Part shown: positions 35,014 through 38,459 of the stretch, piece by piece
Numbering within the stretch: the stretch's first letter is position 1
Layout: the number at the start of each line of letters is the position of its first letter
Origin: Minisyncoccia bacterium
GTDB taxonomy: Bacteria; Patescibacteriota; Minisyncoccia; Phycocordibacterales; Phycocordibacteraceae
Length of the DNA: 38,459 nucleotides
Assembly: GCA_050011835.1 (NCBI GenBank)
Contig: JBEKII010000001.1
Location: 238,262-276,720, forward strand
Direction: 5' to 3'
Program-made: the position numbers and the translations under genes
Notes under the pieces: model-generated
What the model was told of the DNA's origin: nothing
The model's database searches: none
Seen by the model: only the letters and a program-made list of their open reading frames with translations

Positions 35014-35222
35014 GAGTAAAAGTGTAACATAAATATAGTTTTCAATGCCCGTTTCAGTTGAAGTTCGCTAACATGGGAGTCGGGTTTTCAAGCCGACGAA
35101 CTCTGTTATTAAAAGTTAATCTTTGGTGTCCGGACTAGGAAGTCTGAGTGGGCTGATACAAGATAGAAGAAATGCACTGGGACCCATTTTATCCGAAATT
35201 CCCGATTAAAATCTTGCATAAA

Positions 35223-38200
35223 TCACATCACACTCAACCCCGTTGGTGCAGCGGGCGGAGTGGTGTCAAGTATCGAGGTATCACCTAAGTCTGTCCACCA
35301 GTTATTGCTGCTGGAAGCCCAAGGAAGGGTAATTATATATACATCTCTCTGCTCGGTGTTTGGATTTGAACCATCGGGTGTCCAGATAGCCTGATAATAA
35401 ATATACTTTCCAGACATTGACCAGGAAGCTTGGGGGATTGATTGGAAAGGTTGTGCTCCACCATAGTAAGCATGGGTATAAGCTATATGCCAAACTCTCC
35501 CCGTATACGAATGGTCTGGGTGAAGCCATTGTGGAGCACGATCATTAGGCCCCCATGACCAAGCTGCCTTGCTCCTATCAAGTTCCCACGCCCATATTTG
35601 GCCATCTGCAAAACAAGAACCGCACGCGGCAGAACATCTGCCAGTAGCGGAATTGTAACAATTAGCGTACTGGCTTGCTAACATCCATCCAGGAGTAGCA
35701 AAACCTGGAGAGGCTGAGTATTCTCCAACTCCTGGCAAAGCGCATGTTCCATACACCACTCCTGTTGCAAGATCAATCCAGGCACAGTACGAATTTGCAC
35801 CTTGAAAATATGCTGTACCGATTCCATTGACAGGACCACATGCATTGATGGCACCTCCGATAGCACCCCTTCCTTGAATATCCCTGGCCTCGTCGCTGTG
35901 GGATGCCGCGAACATACCAACTATGTTGCCATTTAAATCCATGACATGAACGCCGCTTGTCGCATACGGAGGCATATTAGGATTAGCGATAACCGCAAAA
36001 TAATTTCCATTTGGATCAGCGTCATTCATCCCTCTGTGTGTTGCAAGGGTCCCAGAGGCGGAGTCGGTTGGATTGCAACCGGTTGCCCCGGTACAAGAGG
36101 ACCATATTTTTGTCGGGTCTTCAGTGTAATAAATCTGCGTCATGGTCCAGGTGGACTTATCAAGCCTATAAACAGCCGTGCCTATCAAGAAGTCCTGAAC
36201 CCCGTAATCATGATAATAAATAGGAACCACCCAAAGCGTTCTATCGTAAGATGGTCGGTTTGCCTCCTCTGGTTTTATTATATATGCGCTGTTCAGACCG
36301 CTTTTTGGAATAGCATTGATCCCGGTAAAATACTTAGAAATATTAGGGTCATTGGTAAAGTCGTGCAGTAAGGTTACTGTATTTGCACTAACTGAATATG
36401 TATAGAATTTGGGGCCTTTGAGTCGCATCTGAACGTAGGGATCAAGCCAAAGATATAGCTTATCTGGATCGGTGTTATCCCACCTTGGAGCATTGGTAGA
36501 AAAACCCCAAGCACCGGTAGTCACAGTACCAGCTATATTAGAATGGTTACTAATAAATGGAATTATCTGTTTAATGGTAAAACGCTTGGAAACATCTGGA
36601 TATTCAGGCCCATAATATATGAGGTAATCTCCGGAAAAATCTGAAACTAAAAAATATGTGTCATCACAATTCGCTACGTCTGCTGGAGCATTGCCTTTTA
36701 CAACTCCACTGCCACCCGTATTATTATATCCATCAGCTGCATCCGTGACTCTGGTAATGGTGGTGTGGAAAGTCGGATCGGTAAATGGCACTCCCTTAGC
36801 TGGTTTAGCCATATAAGGCATTGAATATATGTCAGTGCCTAGAACATAACCAAACCCCGTTGACGCGGAAGTACCTCTTGAGGCAATGTTGCTTAGGCCA
36901 CTGATGTTGGAAACTTCGTCTGAAGTTTTAATCGCAAAATAATAAGTAGTACTTGGATTAAGATTGGAGACAGTCATCGTTTGGGTTGTGCCGGCTGGTT
37001 GAGGAGCAGGCTCACCTAATACTTGATGAGTGGCTGATGCCCAATTGGCATCAGTAATGTTTTGTGTTGAGTATCTGATGTCATAGCTTGAGGCAGTTTC
37101 CTGATTATTGTCGTCGCCAGGTGCGGTCCAAGTGAGGACGCAAGAATTTGACGCGCAGGAAGAAACACTGAAATCGGTGATGGCAGAAGGCGGCGTTATG
37201 TCAGGCAGTGTTACTGCCGGCGTGGTGGCTGTGACAGGAGAGGACTGAGCTGAATTATTGTTGCTGGCATCATAAGCAGAAACAGTAAATATATAAGTAG
37301 TTGAGGGAGAAAGACCAGTATTTGAGTAGGAATTAGCAGCTGAAGTTCCGATTTGTATGCCGCCTCTATAAATTTTATAACCCGTCACTCCGACATTGTC
37401 TGTTGAAGCAGTCCAGGAAAGATTAATTTGAGACGAAGTTACGGTAGCGGCTGAAAGATTGGTAGGTACGGTTGGTGCCTGAGTATCGCCGGAAGGGGCT
37501 GGGGCTTGACTTGTTGCTTCATCCGCCCCGATGTCCCACGCGCTTCCTTGTGGTCGGGAATCTCCATCAATGTCATAATTGAAAGGGAGAAAGTTGTCTC
37601 CCGAAAGGTTTGCCCCGTTGTCTTTGGCACTTGTATCTTGTGAAGATAAATGGAGATCCCCCCCATAAGCGTCCACGAAAGAAACGATTTTGTTTCTGAG
37701 AGAAATGTTGGGTGAAGTAGAATCCTGTGAGATATTATCCAAGGAATTGAGATCAAACGAGCCGAAATAATCGCCATTGGAATTTCCATAGGAAATGTTA
37801 TTTTTCAAAAGCGTCCGACTACCATTTTGGACATAAATTCCGGTCCCTGAACTATAAATCGTATTGTTGTAAAGATAATTGTATTGTCCTGAACCCGTGG
37901 CATCGTATATGCCGTCGCCACCACTACTCGCACCCTTAACGTTAAAGATCATGTTATTCCAAACGTAGGCATTTGAGCCGCTGTTGGCGTAAAGGTAAAT
38001 GCCCCGATTAGTGGAACCTGCATAGCTGTTGCCTTTGATGATATTTTGAGAGATATAAGGGGATATGCCTGTGTCGTAAATAGATGTTTGAGAACTTCCC
38101 GCATTAGCCGAATATATCTGGAGTCCGGTAACACGAGTATATGACTGGTTGATTGTTAGAATGGAAACGGTAGTAGATTGCAGTATGTAGGCATCCGTTG

Positions 38201-38459
38201 TCCATTTGCCGTTGTGCCTGGCTGCCGCGGTCGTGTAAATGTTGATGTAGTGATTGGCGTCGGTCGTCCAGCCGTTAATTGTCACGGGGCCGGTATCGGC
38301 CGCGGTCCACGTCCCGTCAATCTGAGCCACGGCAATCTTGTCGGCGCAGACCAGGTCGCCCTGGGCGCAGGAACCGAAGTCAATACCGCCATAAGCCGCT
38401 TCCCAGGCGGCCAGAGAAGTGAAGCAGTTAGTGTAGCCGGTGCAGTCCTGCCTGACTAA
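35223..38459 (-). CDS. Large extracellular multidomain protein (right-handed beta-helix, two FN3 domains, unknown beta-rich domain); 5' end outside the window
   Basis: The frame stays open from 38330 to the window end (LVRQDCTGYTNCFTSLAAWE...). NN-I beta-helix repeats, RPQGSAWDIGADE, DTQAPTVPTNL...WTASTDNVGVTGY, WTAPGDD...YYFAIKTSDE. Confidence 0.88.
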   Translation of the reverse strand, partial: LVRQDCTGYTNCFTSLAAWEAAYGGIDFGSCAQGDLVCADKIAVAQIDGTWTAADTGPVTINGWTTDANHYINIYTTAAARHNGKWTTDAYILQSTTVSILTINQSYTRVTGLQIYSANAGSSQTSIYDTGISPYISQNIIKGNSYAGSTNRGIYLYANSGSNAYVWNNMIFNVKGASSGGDGIYDATGSGQYNYLYNNTIYSSGTGIYVQNGSRTLLKNNISYGNSNGDYFGSFDLNSLDNISQDSTSPNISLRNKIVSFVDAYGGDLHLSSQDTSAKDNGANLSGDNFLPFNYDIDGDSRPQGSAWDIGADEATSQAPAPSGDTQAPTVPTNLSAATVTSSQINLSWTASTDNVGVTGYKIYRGGIQIGTSAANSYSNTGLSPSTTYIFTVSAYDASNNNSAQSSPVTATTPAVTLPDITPPSAITDFSVSSCASNSCVLTWTAPGDDNNQETASSYDIRYSTQNITDANWASATHQVLGEPAPQPAGTTQTMTVSNLNPSTTYYFAIKTSDEVSNISGLSNIASRGTSASTGFGYVLGTDIYSMPYMAKPAKGVPFTDPTFHTTITRVTDAADGYNNTGGSGVVKGNAPADVANCDDTYFLVSDFSGDYLIYYGPEYPDVSKRFTIKQIIPFISNHSNIAGTVTTGAWGFSTNAPRWDNTDPDKLYLWLDPYVQMRLKGPKFYTYSVSANTVTLLHDFTNDPNISKYFTGINAIPKSGLNSAYIIKPEEANRPSYDRTLWVVPIYYHDYGVQDFLIGTAVYRLDKSTWTMTQIYYTEDPTKIWSSCTGATGCNPTDSASGTLATHRGMNDADPNGNYFAVIANPNMPPYATSGVHVMDLNGNIVGMFAASHSDEARDIQGRGAIGGAINACGPVNGIGTAYFQGANSYCAWIDLATGVVYGTCALPGVGEYSASPGFATPGWMLASQYANCYNSATGRCSAACGSCFADGQIWAWELDRSKAAWSWGPNDRAPQWLHPDHSYTGRVWHIAYTHAYYGGAQPFQSIPQASWSMSGKYIYYQAIWTPDGSNPNTEQRDVYIITLPWASSSNNWWTDLGDTSILDTTPPAAPTGLSVM

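Noticed and set aside
1-38459. Stop-codon reassignment (UGA as Gly/Trp, as in Gracilibacteria)
   Set aside because: Core genes are full length under code 11, and TGA terminates pheS, tsf and prfA at the expected ends.

Overview
This is a compact bacterial chromosomal segment using genetic code 11. It is most consistent with Patescibacteria/CPR (Parcubacteria-like), inferred from shortened translation proteins, split transketolase, an orphan pilin and PsbP-like/Ig-like surface proteins. The backbone carries rnhB (partial), dnaE, thrS, gyrB, pheS-pheT, a GT2 glycosyltransferase plus a thioredoxin-like gene, tRNA-Thr(UGU), rpmE-prfA-rpsB-tsf, lnt, a coiled-coil lytic transglycosylase, rplY and a glycolysis/pentose-phosphate cluster (fba, PfkB kinase, tkt N/C, rpe, rpiB, gap). 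A large beta-helix/FN3 surface protein runs off the right end. An accessory block at 17.8-24.2 kb encodes a Cys-rich repeat protein, a TolB-like propeller, a lipoprotein, an IS1595 element and a decayed DUF6922/AbiEii-like TA module. Two signals stand out. (1) There are two expression grammars: backbone genes mostly have a -10 box 6-9 nt before the start and no SD (leaderless-like, sometimes bidirectional), whereas four isolated orphan genes are self-contained cassettes with TTGAC(A/G)/-10, a strong SD and a long terminator hairpin. (2) Some integrase-free inserts are bounded by duplicated ends of the neighbouring housekeeping gene: a 42-bp second copy of the gyrB 3' end, and a stranded promoter+MWLP copy of the lnt 5' end. 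No CRISPR array, integrase or reverse transcriptase was seen. All calls come from reading the sequence only; no searches were run.
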